NCBI GenBank assembly: GCA_964019335.1
Contig: OZ025667.1
Span: 124,001 to 188,000, forward strand
Direction: 5' to 3'
Source: Diplonema japonicum
Taxonomy: Eukaryota; Protista; Euglenozoa: Diplonemea
DNA length: 64,000 bases
Position numbers and translations under genes: made by a program. The notes under the pieces are model-generated. The model made no database searches. It saw nothing but the letters and a program-made list of their open reading frames with translations, and was not told where the DNA came from. Below, one piece after another: positions 63,808 to 64,000 of the stretch (position 1 is the first letter of the stretch; every line of letters starts with the position of its first letter).

Positions 63808-64000
63808 ATGGTGCCAGGGGTCAGTGGCTCCTCTGGGAAGGCACTAGTGACAGTGGTTGAGCTGAGACATCTTGCAGTAGAGCTTGTAGGCAAGGTGGTG
63901 GTGGGAGTAGGGGTGAATGGACAGAAAGGGCAGACGGAAGTACCTGACGGGAGGGATACGTACTGGGGCAGCCAGTTCAGCTTCATGTGGGACGCAGCGA
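63808..64000 (+). CDS. C2-domain-like protein, 5' end (runs off window)
   Basis: Open from ATG 63808: MVPGVSGSSGKALVTVVELRHL...VGVNGQKGQTEV...TYWGSQFSF resembles a C2 beta-sandwich. Confidence 0.6.
   Translation, partial: MVPGVSGSSGKALVTVVELRHLAVELVGKVVVGVGVNGQKGQTEVPDGRDTYWGSQFSFMWDAA

Noticed and set aside
63778-63850. CCCCTG...TGGTGCCAGGGG resembling the ingi/L1Tc 5' signature (HDV-like ribozyme)
   Set aside because: The match overlaps the ATG and first codons of a plausible C2-domain gene, and the other pairings are not evident.
1-64000. tRNA, rRNA, SL RNA genes and CRISPR arrays
   Set aside because: None recognised by eye; a tRNAscan/Infernal run would be needed to exclude divergent RNAs.

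Overview
Eukaryotic, gene-dense protist DNA, most likely a euglenozoan of diplonemid type. This is an inference from the uni-directional gene cluster, poly-pyrimidine/AG acceptors before ATGs, GTATG donors, tiny cis-introns, ciliary genes and a ubiquitin-like+ankyrin gene. I find 28 complete and 2 partial host protein genes, all on the + strand, often only 66-160 nt apart. They include ARP2, TEX10/IPI1, a cis-prenyltransferase, a flavin amine oxidase, an MTRR-like diflavin reductase, eIF4B-like, three DHRS7-like SDR paralogues, a CABLES-like cyclin, TMEM138, TMEM67/meckelin, a kinesin and an M64 metallopeptidase. Mobile DNA comprises one internally deleted piggyBac (13-bp TIRs, TTAA TSD; the only minus-strand coding remnant), two 5'-truncated non-LTR retrotransposon remnants and a probable TA-flanked MITE. 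Most notable: (1) 19 inferred GT-AG introns of 34-65 nt, about half poly(A)/purine-filled, none in the first 500 nt of any CDS; (2) several families of short conserved motifs dispersed in the long intergenic spacers upstream of genes; (3) three SDR paralogues homogenised over ~700 nt but sharply divergent from the substrate-binding loop onward; (4) unusual domain fusions: M64 peptidase-tetraspanin, PPR-CABLES cyclin, triple-flavodoxin+PDZ MTRR and DUF1769-CPBP pseudo-protease. All family calls are by eye from motifs; no searches were run.
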